DNA of 64,000 nucleotides from Trypanosoma brucei (taxonomy: Eukaryota): contig CP000070.1 of the NCBI GenBank assembly GCA_000002445.1, positions 736,001 to 800,000 of the forward strand. The letters are read 5' to 3'. Numbering within the stretch: the stretch's first letter is position 1; every line of letters begins with the position of its first letter. The notes beneath the pieces are model-generated. The model made no database searches. It had not been told where the DNA came from and saw only the letters and a program-made list of their open reading frames with translations. The position numbers and the translations under genes were made by a program. Below are positions 32,914 through 43,166 of the stretch, piece after piece.

Positions 32914-34141
32914 ATAATAAACTCCGTATCATAATATATCTTTGCTTAGAAGATATGTCTATTCTCCTATATCTCTCTCCCCTTTTTTCCTTTTTTCCTT
33001 TTCCTTGCTTTTCATTTTTTTTCTTTTTCTACCCCCTTGCGGTGTTTTTTCCATGGGGGTGGCGGGTAATGGGCAAGCGATTTTTATGTTTTTTTTTTTT
33101 AGAAAGTAATTTGAGTGGGTGCACGTGAAAGTAATAATGGGCACATACAGGAGAAGGTGAAACTAACGTGAAGCACGTTGTGGTAGCATAAAAAAAAATT
33201 ACATATTTATGTATCGAGCGGGTGTGAGTTGTGAAATCTCTGAGGAGTTTTTTTTTTCAAATTCTGTGGGACGATATGGCGGGTACTATTCTTATGGGAA
33301 AGGAGAGAATTGATGATGGGAGAAAGGTGAAACAAAGAGGGGAAAAAAGAGCAGGGCATGCCTTTCACACATGTTTTTGTGTGTTTGTTTTCTTTTTCTG
33401 TTTGTTTGTTTCGTTCGTCAAGTATTCCTCACTTTTTTCATTGTGTCCGCGTAAGGGATCCCTCTTTTTTTTTTCTTTTTTTTCTTTTTAGGATGGAAAG
33501 GGGAGCAAGAAGGTTGTCTGTCCCCTCAGTTTCCTTTACTAGTCATCACCTTTATCAAATGTGTCTCTTTTTCTTGTTCGTTTTTTTCCCCCCTTTGAAC
33601 AGCACACATACAGGGTTTATGAGGAATACGCCAAGTGCACTGAGACATTTGAGGAAGGAAGGAAGAATGAAAGGGGGGAAGGAAAAAAGAGGGATGAAAT
33701 AAATAAATGAATGAATAAAAGAACAAGAAGGAAAACAGAGGAAAACGTATTAGGTGGGTTTTGTCTTCTCCTCATTTACTTACGCGTTTTTACTTTTACT
33801 CCCGTTGTTTGGTAATGAGAGCACTTCGCTTCGCTTCCGCATGATCAGGAGTACGTCACCTTTAAGCAATTACTCACAAAACATATATGTATGTTTTTAT
33901 ATACATACCTGCGCGCATACGTTTTCCCTCCTGCACTCAAAAAAAAAAAAACAGCAACTTTTGTTTCACTTTTGACAATACTTAGTATATCCCAGTGAAC
34001 AGACCGCGCCTCGCTGTGTTGGCCGATTTTCCGTCCTCGCCTGTTTTTGTCACTATCGTTATTAACTGTCGCGCCCCACCCGCGTGTATGTTTCGGGTCC
34101 GAAGGCTTGCTGGGTTTATACAATGTTCCCCATGCGGAAAG

Positions 34142-37100
34142 ATGGGCCCATTGAAGCAACAAACACGTCGCTACACCCCCATATGGAAGTCTGATCCGGC
34201 TGTCGATAACGTCGCTCCCCTTCGAGACGAGGATGAGCGACGCACCTTGTGGGCGGAGGTGGGCCCCATCTCAGATGTTGGTAGTGCCGTCACCGCGTGG
34301 ATACGCTTCGGAAATGATCCCGTCCTCCATACAGCGGTTCCCACCATGCTTGGCGGGAAGTTTCGAAATCAGCAGCGGGAGAAGGAGTCGCTTCTGCCCA
34401 ACTCGAGCTCTCCTTTTGCGTATGTGGAGGATTACATGGGTACTAACCTTGTTTTTGGCTCTCCAGTGCACGCTAAGGAAAGCGCGGCGGTGTGGGCGAC
34501 TTACTTCGAGCGACGGTATGCCAGTCGACTGCGGTTAAGCCGCCGCACCGTCGCGAATTATGTGGGGCTCATCAATTCACCGGAGGTGTTTGATGATGAA
34601 TCGGACCGACCGGAGACGCGATGGTCACAGGATACTTTTTTTCGGGAGTGCGCCTACTTGTCCGAGAAATTCCTGAAGGAAAAAGTGTCAAACATGCAGC
34701 AGTTTGAGGCGGCCTTGAAACGAGCTTCACCGGAGGCGTATCTCGCCTTCTTTGACGCCTTTCAGCAACAAACCCAAACGCAAATTCCTCTCCCCTCACC
34801 GAGTGTGTGGCATTATGAGGGAGAACGCCGGAAGCAATGGGCAGAGAAGTTTATTAGCATCTCCCACAAAGCGCAGGCCTTCTTCAAGGATGTTCTCTCT
34901 GAAGACGTGAAAAAGTACCAGGAGGTTCCTGGGAAATTGTTGCAGAAGGTTAAACCTGTCTTAGCGGATGTGGGGAAGATATTAGTGAAGCGACACGAAC
35001 GGTGGTTGAAGGGTCGCGTGTGGACCTCCCTTACCGAAGAGGAAAGGGAGGCGTACTGCATGAAGGAAGTAAAGCGCCAGCAGATGCAGGTGGAGGATGG
35101 CGAATTTGATCCCATGATGGAGGACGATGTCGACGATACAGAGTTGGAAGAATGGCAGCGTGAGCATGATGCCATCATGGAACTTATGAACTCACCCATT
35201 GATGGGCTCCATTTCACTACTCTGGAACTGTGGTTGCATGCGATGCGTTGCGAGGAGTTGGAAACGGAACACATCTATACTAGTGCTCGCGTGCGTGCCG
35301 TTCAAGTCGCGGCTAGGAAGAAACTGTATGACACAACCTCGTACGAGGAGGTGATACAAGCAGTGGTGGAATCTATTGCCCGCGGTACGTTAGATTTGGG
35401 AGCTGGGGTACTTCGCCCGCACTTTAACGAAGTGTGGTGCCAGCTGAACTACGCCAAGTTTGGGTCATCAACCATAACGCAACACACGACTACGTCCCGT
35501 CGACAGTTGCTCTTTTTCCACGCTGGGTCGTTGAAGGACATCGCTGCAACCGCCACACTTTATTATGCAACGAAACCCCTGAGCAACTCACTGGACTACG
35601 CATCTCCGTACAAATATCGTCGGTCGTTGATCACTCTCTGCTCTAACTACGGAGTGGAGACTGCGTACACAACTCAACGTCCCCTGCTGCGCAGTGCAGC
35701 CAACCTTGCACGAGCGGAGGATTTAATTCACGCTGTTGTCACAGCCGCTGCACAACCCTTTGGGGAACGACGTCGGGCAGCCACGCGCGATCTTCACATG
35801 GAATTTCAGCGTTTGGCTGTTCCGGTGGAGCGGGTTATTGTAGCTAACCCTGTTTCTGCACTTTTGGAATCTGGAGCTGATCCTGATGAGAAGCCAGTGG
35901 AAGGTGAGAAGGTGAATATGTGGCCACTTGGTGCAAAACGTGTCGTGTTGTATAAGTGGTCAGCACCTAACGTGGAAAAGCTCAAGGCAATGGAGAGCGA
36001 TGCAGCACCCGCTGTTAGCGGGTCATCGCTGACGGCTGAACGTCTGCGGGAAATTCAAGAGCTTAAGCGCCGTGGGTTTCTTGAGGTCTCGCTCTGGCGT
36101 CGCGTCACCGCACAGGAGAGGAAACAGAGGAATGAAATTGTAGAGGCGAAGAAAAAGCAAGTTGAAGAGGTCGTACGGACTGTTCCGTCTTTGGCGCACC
36201 TCCACCAATACGCGACTTCTCTCTACAGTCGCATTGAAGAGAGAGTGGCGTTTCCCACCGAAACCTCGACCGTCACTGACACCACCAATATGAAGGAGGA
36301 AACCAATAAGCCTCTAGAGGATTCAGAGTGGGAATTTGCGGTTTTGCTTGATGATCGAGTTCTACTTAACAAGGAGGAATCAGTTGAGTTGTATCTCCCA
36401 TACAGGGACGCGAATGGGGAGTTACTTGCCCAAGGCGAATACCGCGCGCTGGTGCGTGCATTTGATTTGGAGGCAAACCCCAATCTCCACCCGGCGTACT
36501 GCAGCGTGGGATATTCAGAGTCGTTTCACGTTTTCGACGCTCTACCACAACTTATAGCTCAATTCTTTCGTGTGAAAGATGCGACAGCTGAGGCAGCTGG
36601 TGTGACGCATATCCCCGCCGCCGACTTTACACCATTTTGTGCGTTTCTTCGCGATGCCGGTTTGGACGTTCCACTGCGCTGTGAGTTTGAGGCAGGACAG
36701 GCTGTAACAACGGATGGTGATGTGTACATGGATTATTTTCTGCAACTTCTGCGTGGGGAGGCTTTCCACCAGAGCCACGCGCAGGCGGGTCTTACTGAGG
36801 CACAGCGCGCTATTGAGCCCCTCTGTCGCGCGCACTGGGTTGTTCATCACCCGGGTGCTGACGAGTCGGAGTGGGCTACCGCCCGCCGTAGTGTATTGGA
36901 TCACGCAATGCAGCATGAACGTGAGTGGTGGTTCCCCAATGAAATGCTCGATGTGAAGGATGTTGTCACTGGAAGTACAAATGGACTGACACCACAGATG
37001 TATCCCGCTGCCGTGCGTTACGGCGTGGAGCTCTGCACGGTGCTAACAGCAGAGGGGAAGTTCGTGGACGAAAGGGGTTCGGGGCTCTCTGCAAGATGTG

Positions 37101-37585
37101 TTGTTAACGGGACGGGAGCCGCAGAGTCGGTTGTATTTGACACTGCAAACTGTAATGGCACCAACACTACATCGGTGGAGGATGCTTTGCGAGTGGCCCA
37201 TGGTGCACTGCGAAGCGCACAGGACAGACACAACACGCTTGCAGCTTTCCGCCTTGGACCCCTCTCAAAGCAGTCGCAGGTACTCTTGTTCTGCGGTGTG
37301 AATGCGTATGAGTTTGGTGGTAAGTACGCTCGTACGTATGCATATGCCTTTGAAAAAGCCAAAAAGGAGCTGGAGGTGACGGCAGCATCCGGGTTTATGG
37401 CTCCAAGCCTCAGTCATGAGGACATAGAGCGTCTCTCGGATCAACCAACCACTTCACCATCTGTCGACCGCTTTGCCTCCACCACTCATCCCGAGCAGCG
37501 CAAAGCACAGTTTGTTCCTCGTGTGGGTCCAGGCTCGACACCCCTGGAGGACCCAGCTGCCGATCAGAAATCAGAATGGAGTTGA
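34142..37585 (+). CDS. Large conserved hypothetical protein (~1148 aa from Met 34142; the ORF is open from 33995)
   Basis: Uninterrupted 3.6-kb ORF with GC3-rich coding composition. I recognise no domain; it is Trp/Glu-rich and has a helical character. The start was chosen at MGPLKQQ, just after a T/C-rich upstream tract; the 33995 ATG lies inside that tract. Confidence 0.6.
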   Translation: MGPLKQQTRRYTPIWKSDPAVDNVAPLRDEDERRTLWAEVGPISDVGSAVTAWIRFGNDPVLHTAVPTMLGGKFRNQQREKESLLPNSSSPFAYVEDYMGTNLVFGSPVHAKESAAVWATYFERRYASRLRLSRRTVANYVGLINSPEVFDDESDRPETRWSQDTFFRECAYLSEKFLKEKVSNMQQFEAALKRASPEAYLAFFDAFQQQTQTQIPLPSPSVWHYEGERRKQWAEKFISISHKAQAFFKDVLSEDVKKYQEVPGKLLQKVKPVLADVGKILVKRHERWLKGRVWTSLTEEEREAYCMKEVKRQQMQVEDGEFDPMMEDDVDDTELEEWQREHDAIMELMNSPIDGLHFTTLELWLHAMRCEELETEHIYTSARVRAVQVAARKKLYDTTSYEEVIQAVVESIARGTLDLGAGVLRPHFNEVWCQLNYAKFGSSTITQHTTTSRRQLLFFHAGSLKDIAATATLYYATKPLSNSLDYASPYKYRRSLITLCSNYGVETAYTTQRPLLRSAANLARAEDLIHAVVTAAAQPFGERRRAATRDLHMEFQRLAVPVERVIVANPVSALLESGADPDEKPVEGEKVNMWPLGAKRVVLYKWSAPNVEKLKAMESDAAPAVSGSSLTAERLREIQELKRRGFLEVSLWRRVTAQERKQRNEIVEAKKKQVEEVVRTVPSLAHLHQYATSLYSRIEERVAFPTETSTVTDTTNMKEETNKPLEDSEWEFAVLLDDRVLLNKEESVELYLPYRDANGELLAQGEYRALVRAFDLEANPNLHPAYCSVGYSESFHVFDALPQLIAQFFRVKDATAEAAGVTHIPAADFTPFCAFLRDAGLDVPLRCEFEAGQAVTTDGDVYMDYFLQLLRGEAFHQSHAQAGLTEAQRAIEPLCRAHWVVHHPGADESEWATARRSVLDHAMQHEREWWFPNEMLDVKDVVTGSTNGLTPQMYPAAVRYGVELCTVLTAEGKFVDERGSGLSARCVVNGTGAAESVVFDTANCNGTNTTSVEDALRVAHGALRSAQDRHNTLAAFRLGPLSKQSQVLLFCGVNAYEFGGKYARTYAYAFEKAKKELEVTAASGFMAPSLSHEDIERLSDQPTTSPSVDRFASTTHPEQRKAQFVPRVGPGSTPLEDPAADQKSEWS

Positions 37586-38729
37586 TGATATAACAAAGTA
37601 TCGCATACATGCAGGTGCTCAATCGCCTACGCAACTATTGAATAGTTGAAATTATCGATCGTGCTCCCTCCTTTCCCTCCCTCACTCATCACTACGATCC
37701 CTGAAGGGGAGAAATACTTCACTTGTATGCCCTCGCTCTAACAAGTGTCCGCACCGTCGCGTGACTTTCGGTACGTTAATCACTTTTGTTTTTTTTTTTA
37801 ATGGGATGCCATGCGTAAGTATTGTTAGCGTCCCACCGAAAGTGAGGGAATAAAAAGAGATTGCGGTGCCGCTAGGTGGACGGTGTGTCGTAATTTATGT
37901 TGTGCTGGGCGGGATACATATAATGGATGGGGAAGGGGGTGCTGTCCCGCAAGTTGTCAGGGGAGATGATGAAGCAATACGTCCCTGTTTGGAACATGCT
38001 TGAGTTACACTTAAAGTGAGTCATCATCACACACTTGGATGTTCCGTTTTCCCTTCCTTTACACTCTGAGGGGGGTATATAAAAAAGTTCCCCCCCCTCA
38101 ATTCAGGTGTTGACTACTCCCATTTTACGGTTAGTGTCACCATGCTCTCTTGTATGACTCTCTTGTTGTTATTTACTTATCGACTTCCTCCCCCTTTTTT
38201 TGTTCATCCTGCCGTCGCCACAACATCGGGCGACTTCGTTTATGCTTTGAAGCTCCCACTCTTGGGCACTGCGTCCGTATCGAGGCATTGTCGAGCAGTT
38301 GTCCTGGGGGTGACACCCTGGAGGTTCATTCCTCGGTTTAGGGGACTTTTGTTAGTAAGGGAGGACACCTACGTCAGTTTCACGCTGAGGAACTGGTTGT
38401 GCAAAGGCAGCTCGACTAGTGACGACGCTCGAGCAAGCGTGATACGCAGACCCGGTGTCTCGGCATCAAAAAAAAAAAAGTCAATACATTGAAGGGAAAT
38501 TGTGCCCAAAGTACATTTGTTTCTCTTTGATAATACCTACGGAGAAGGTCTTGTGCATTTACCCTGTTGGAAGAGAAGTGTGCTACACTTGTGCCAACTC
38601 CAATTGTACCGTAGAAGGGGCAGAGGACTGAGAGCAAAAGGAGGGAGCCCAGTCGAGCGGTTTTAAATTCTGTTCGGCGGGTGCATCTGACGCCTCACTT
38701 TCCCTATTATTGTTTTTTTTTTTAAAATA

Positions 38730-39893
38730 ATGTTTTGTTTCTTCCAAAACCGCTGGGAGTCGGGTCTTGGTGCCCATCTAACCGAGGAACTCATTAGTAG
38801 CGCATTCAGCGATTTTGCGCCTTACGCGGGGGCGGAGCAGCAACAGACACGTTTCGTCCGCCGCCAAAGCGATGGGACAACCACCAGAGTTGCTTATGGG
38901 GAAGATGGGGGGTGGTCGGTAAGCATGGGAAATCCTTACGCTGGCGGCATATCTTTTGCAACGACACCAGATTTACTCTGTGATATGCAACTGCGCATAC
39001 CACTGAAGTTGGCTAGGGATGTTGTGGAGCAGAATAGCGAAAGGGGGATCATTGGCAGTGCCGACAACTGTGAGGTGCTTCCAGTTTCCAGAATCTCCCT
39101 AACACCCATAACGACACCCTACGATAGTCGAAGTCCTTTTCAGTATTCTGTGCCCCCTCCACTTGGTCCCACGGGTTGCTTTGGCATGGTGGAACTTTTG
39201 TACTCCTACGTGACACATGTGTATGGCGCTGGTTTACGGGTTGGACCGTTGTCCCTTCGAGCGACGGCTTCCCCGGGAGGCATGCCCTCAATAGACAATT
39301 CGTATGTGAGTGCTTTGGGCCAAACTGCCTGTCTCGTTGACGGTTCGTGGTGCGCTCCGTTGAGTGCCTTTCCGTCGTGTAACCTTACAGTGGCGCTGCA
39401 GCACCCCTTTATGGCCGTTGAGGGTGATACGCTTGCAGCAATTTGTTTGGAGAGTTCGGCGCCAAAAACACCAGAGGGACAAGGGTGCAATAATTTTCGT
39501 CTTCTTGTTGTGCAGACGCTTGCAACAAGTAATAGGCAAAACAAGCAGAATCCCAGTGATTCTCACTCGCATAGCTTCAGTTCGGTTCTCAGGGGCGACA
39601 AAAACTGGCGTGAGCTAGGCACACTCGTTGCTGTACAGAAATCATTTCGCAACCAACGCTTTCGACTCAGTGCTGCTGCTATGATACACGACCGTGAATT
39701 AGACTATGAAACCGCAGCTTTGGCGGATGTAACAGCCATATTTTCTAGACCAACGGTACTGCGGTTGGGTTTCAACAGAGCCCGCCGTGTTGCCATGGGT
39801 ATAGCGACAGAAATACTTAATGGACTTACCCTTACATTGGGTGTCCATTACACAGCGGGGGACTTGCGGTTTGGACTTGAAGCCGCCCTTTAG
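38730..39893 (+). CDS. Putative mitochondrial outer-membrane beta-barrel protein (387 aa, ~42 kDa; VDAC/TAC42-like class)
   Basis: C-terminal strands alternate hydrophobic and polar residues (LTLTLGVHYTAGDLRFGLEAAL), ending in a beta-signal-like motif (polar-G-hydrophobic-x-hydrophobic). Multiple amphipathic beta-strand-like segments (VLRLGFNRARRVAMGIATEILNG). The size matches the ~42-kDa trypanosome TAC-associated beta-barrel recalled from the literature, but this was not verified. Confidence 0.4.
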   Translation: MFCFFQNRWESGLGAHLTEELISSAFSDFAPYAGAEQQQTRFVRRQSDGTTTRVAYGEDGGWSVSMGNPYAGGISFATTPDLLCDMQLRIPLKLARDVVEQNSERGIIGSADNCEVLPVSRISLTPITTPYDSRSPFQYSVPPPLGPTGCFGMVELLYSYVTHVYGAGLRVGPLSLRATASPGGMPSIDNSYVSALGQTACLVDGSWCAPLSAFPSCNLTVALQHPFMAVEGDTLAAICLESSAPKTPEGQGCNNFRLLVVQTLATSNRQNKQNPSDSHSHSFSSVLRGDKNWRELGTLVAVQKSFRNQRFRLSAAAMIHDRELDYETAALADVTAIFSRPTVLRLGFNRARRVAMGIATEILNGLTLTLGVHYTAGDLRFGLEAAL

Positions 39894-40416
39894 CGCCCGG
39901 GAGACTCTACTCCAGTCTGTTTTTTTGTCGTACCCTGCCTATCTTTTCCCTCTTCCCACACATGCATACGCATATAAACCTGCGCACGTGTCTGTTCATT
40001 GATACTCTTTGGCGTCGAGAAGAGTTCCTTTTTTTAAAAAAAAACCCGCTTCTTCTATTCTCTTCTCTTCTGCATTTCCGTCCCTCCCTCACCTTCACTA
40101 AATACATCCGTTTCGCATGTGTTTTCTGATCTCTCGGCACATCCTCTCCGAACTGTCGGTGTTCTTTCCTGTATGTGGCTATGCAGCAACCAATAGGAAC
40201 AGCGGGAAAAGGGGTGAAGGAGGATATCTTCAACCATTTCCCCTCTCTAAGTTATTGAAAAAGCAATCGTGGCACAACAAACTGACACGCGAACAAAAGT
40301 GAGATTAAAGGGAAGGAGAGAGTTAATAATAAAAGAGGGTTAACCGTTGATCATATACTTTCATATTCGTTGCGGGGCAAACCACACTTTGGGAAGCCGT
40401 ACTGTGAAGAGAGAAA

Positions 40417-41913
40417 ATGCTAAGGACAAATGGTAAGATTCTCAATGGCAAAACTCCCAGTAACGTGGTAGCAAAGTCCTCGGGGGTAAAGAAAAAGATT
40501 GTTAAGATAAAGTCGTCCTCTGCTCCGAAGCCTGTGGAATCTGCACTGACGGGGAACTACGGACGTGTCTTGTTTCAAATGGCGATATGTATCGCAGGCA
40601 TTTATGTATGTTTTGGTTTTTGGTCCATCAAGCAGGAGCGCATTATGACAAAACCGTACGACGCCGTTGTGGTTGTGGGAGGTAATACCACTGTGGTGTC
40701 GACGAAGTTGTCGACTGTGTTTGTCCTTGGGTTGGTGCAGGTGGTAATGGCAGTGGTGGTAAGTTGTGTACTTCTGCTGGCTGAGAGACTATATGCTGGG
40801 AAAAGTCAGAAGGCGGAAAAGGAAGAGACACAGAAGCCTAAACTGGAGAAGAAAAAAAAAGGAACCGTGAAACCAAAGAATGGAGAAATGGTGAACAGAA
40901 GGGAAGACAAGAAGGTGGTTGTCGGACGTACGGCGAGCAATAAACCAAAGAGGAAAACGGAGGAGGACAACACCGCTCTCTCGACAGGGGCAGATAAGGA
41001 GTTGGAAGCCAATAAAGCGTTTCGCAACGCGGTACTTATTGGGTTCACCAACGGCTTTGCGTCCATGTTGGGCTTCGCGGCGATGCGACGGTTGCCCTAC
41101 CCTGTGGTCCTCGCAACCAAAATGTCGAAAATGGTTCCAGTGATACTCGTTGGTTTCTTTTGGCACGGCACACGATACTCGCTGAGCAAGTGCCTTGCCT
41201 GTGCCCTCATAACAGGCGGCAGTTTTTGTTTTTACATGCTAGGAGAAGCTGGTGACGAGAGTCAAGCGCTAAAGAGTAAGACACGCAACAGAAGCGAAGT
41301 TGTGAGCTTGTTTGGCTTCGTGTTACTGTTTGTCAACCTGTTGGCTGATGGTTTCACAAACTCTACACAGGATAAACTGGTAAAGGTGCACGGCTGGACA
41401 AGTAATAAACTCATGTTTGTTACGAATCTTTCCACAGCTCTGTGGATTGGCGCCGTCCTGCTGCTCATGGAGTGCCTTCAGCCATTTGCCACCGCGTACC
41501 TCAGCATTAGTGAGCCCGTCACATTCTCCCCTTCTTTTGCGGCGTTTCACCCGTTGCTTCATCGGCTCGACGAATCGTTCAGATGGTTTCTGAGAGATGT
41601 AGCACCCTTCAATGACTTTTCGAAAACCATGGACTTCTTCAATCGGCACCCCGAGGCCTTGTACGATGTCACTGTAATGAGCGTACTGAACGCAGTGGGA
41701 CAGATGTTTATCTTCCGCACTATTTCATTGTTTGGGAGCCTCACCCTGACGGCGCTGACGCTGCTTCGTAAATCCTCAAGCGTTGTGCTGTCTATTATTG
41801 TCCACGGTCACAGTGTGACGCTGGAGCAGTGGTTTTCACTGGCTGTTGTGTTTGCTGGGGCCGTATGGGAAGGGCTTATTCACGCCCGCAAGGAGCCTGT
41901 AAGTAGTAAGTGA
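40417..41913 (+). CDS. Nucleotide-sugar/PAPS transporter, SLC35B (UAA) family, with a Lys-rich loop insertion
   Basis: ICIAGIYVCFGFWSIKQERI matches the SLC35B signature (GxxxxYxxxGxLQExI). Multiple TM helices. C-terminal HGHSVTLEQWFSLAVVFAGAVWEG helix. ~90-aa K/E-rich insertion (KSQKAEKEETQKPKLEKKKKGTVKPKNGE...) between TM3 and TM4. Confidence 0.7.
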   Translation: MLRTNGKILNGKTPSNVVAKSSGVKKKIVKIKSSSAPKPVESALTGNYGRVLFQMAICIAGIYVCFGFWSIKQERIMTKPYDAVVVVGGNTTVVSTKLSTVFVLGLVQVVMAVVVSCVLLLAERLYAGKSQKAEKEETQKPKLEKKKKGTVKPKNGEMVNRREDKKVVVGRTASNKPKRKTEEDNTALSTGADKELEANKAFRNAVLIGFTNGFASMLGFAAMRRLPYPVVLATKMSKMVPVILVGFFWHGTRYSLSKCLACALITGGSFCFYMLGEAGDESQALKSKTRNRSEVVSLFGFVLLFVNLLADGFTNSTQDKLVKVHGWTSNKLMFVTNLSTALWIGAVLLLMECLQPFATAYLSISEPVTFSPSFAAFHPLLHRLDESFRWFLRDVAPFNDFSKTMDFFNRHPEALYDVTVMSVLNAVGQMFIFRTISLFGSLTLTALTLLRKSSSVVLSIIVHGHSVTLEQWFSLAVVFAGAVWEGLIHARKEPVSSK

Positions 41914-41992
41914 GGTATTAATTCCAGAGTGAGTTGAAGGTACATCACTACACTTTGTACACAATCGGGTGGATGTATGTTTGCAGTTATTT

Positions 41993-42004
41993 GCGTCTGT
42001 GTCT

Positions 42005-42070
<66 letters not shown>
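41993..42070. repeat. (TCTGTG)3 + (TG)~29 microsatellite
   Basis: gtctgtgtctgtgtctgtgtgtgtgtgtg...; ~58 bp of pure GT repeat starting immediately 3' of the transporter CDS. Confidence 0.95.
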
Positions 42071-42071
<1 letters not shown>

Positions 42072-43166
42072 GTAGAGATGCTTGCGAAGCCGGCTGAAGG
42101 AAGATGTTTTATCTACACTAGTCTATACTCCTTCGATTTGCAGTTGCGGCGCATGGGGAGGGAGGGTGCGCAACTGAACCGACTGGTTTGCACGTGGCTG
42201 TACTCACCTGTGATGTGACTGTTGGTTTTTATTATTCTTCCTTTTTGTGGTGCAGTTTGTTTTTGGGTCGTTTGCTCCGTCGTGAGTGAAAAAGTAATTA
42301 ACCGCACCCAACGGGCAGGCGCAACCCTGGGGTTCCACAGAGGTGGGGCATTTTAAAAGGGGGGGTGCCACTCCGCGTGAGTGTGTAGACGCAAGGCGTT
42401 TGGCTGACTGTTCAATGTCATCATCGCGCTTGAAAGGTGAGGACGGGGTTGGAGGGGAAAAAAAAAGATTGGAGGTCGGGAGCCTCCTTGTGGAGTGCCC
42501 TCTTCTGATGTTTAAAGGTGTGTGTCGGCGTTACCGAGTGCATATTATGGTGCCCGGTGATTGTGTATGTTTGCATCTCATCCTACCAGCTTCAACTATC
42601 AACCACTGTGTTGCGCGCCTTGTAGTTGTTGACGTGGGGACAACTCATGTGCGCCATCGTGGTCGTGACGTTACCGCCGCATGTTTCTTTTCTTTTTTTC
42701 TTTTATCCTTTCCGGTGACGTACCCGCACGTGACCGATACGATGTTTGAGTGCGTATGCGCGAAGAATTCAACGTGGATACCAGCTGCGGCTCACCTCCA
42801 CGTGGAGTGAAAACGCAGGTAAATAACTTCTTTGTTTATGTGTGGCGGGCCTGGAGGGGGAAGTGGAACAGTGAAGCCACTGAGAAAGAAAAGTGATGTT
42901 TCAGTTGAAAAGAAGGAGGTTGACAAATTACTGGATTCGGAATCGTTCACATCCTCCAGGCACCGGGTTCGCCGCCGCGAATGGACACAAGCCGAAGGTG
43001 AACAGCCTTTCGGAAAGCTAAGTTTAAATCCAACTGTTTGTACGCTCTTTGATGTGAAGATGAAAGAACACTAGACATATACACATGTGTGTATCTTTTT
43101 TCTTGAACTTTTTGTCTCACTCTTTGACAACAAGGAAGAAGGGAAAAAGAAAATAAATCAAGAGTA

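Noticed and set aside
33231-33726. Several 60-115-aa ORFs in the T-rich region
   Set aside because: Extreme low complexity (poly-F/L/S from T tracts) and overlapping frames; no coding signature.
42343-42810. 155-aa ORF between the (GT)n tract and the RS-rich gene
   Set aside because: No recognisable features and atypical composition; probably UTR or intergenic. Kept in mind only as a low-probability small gene.
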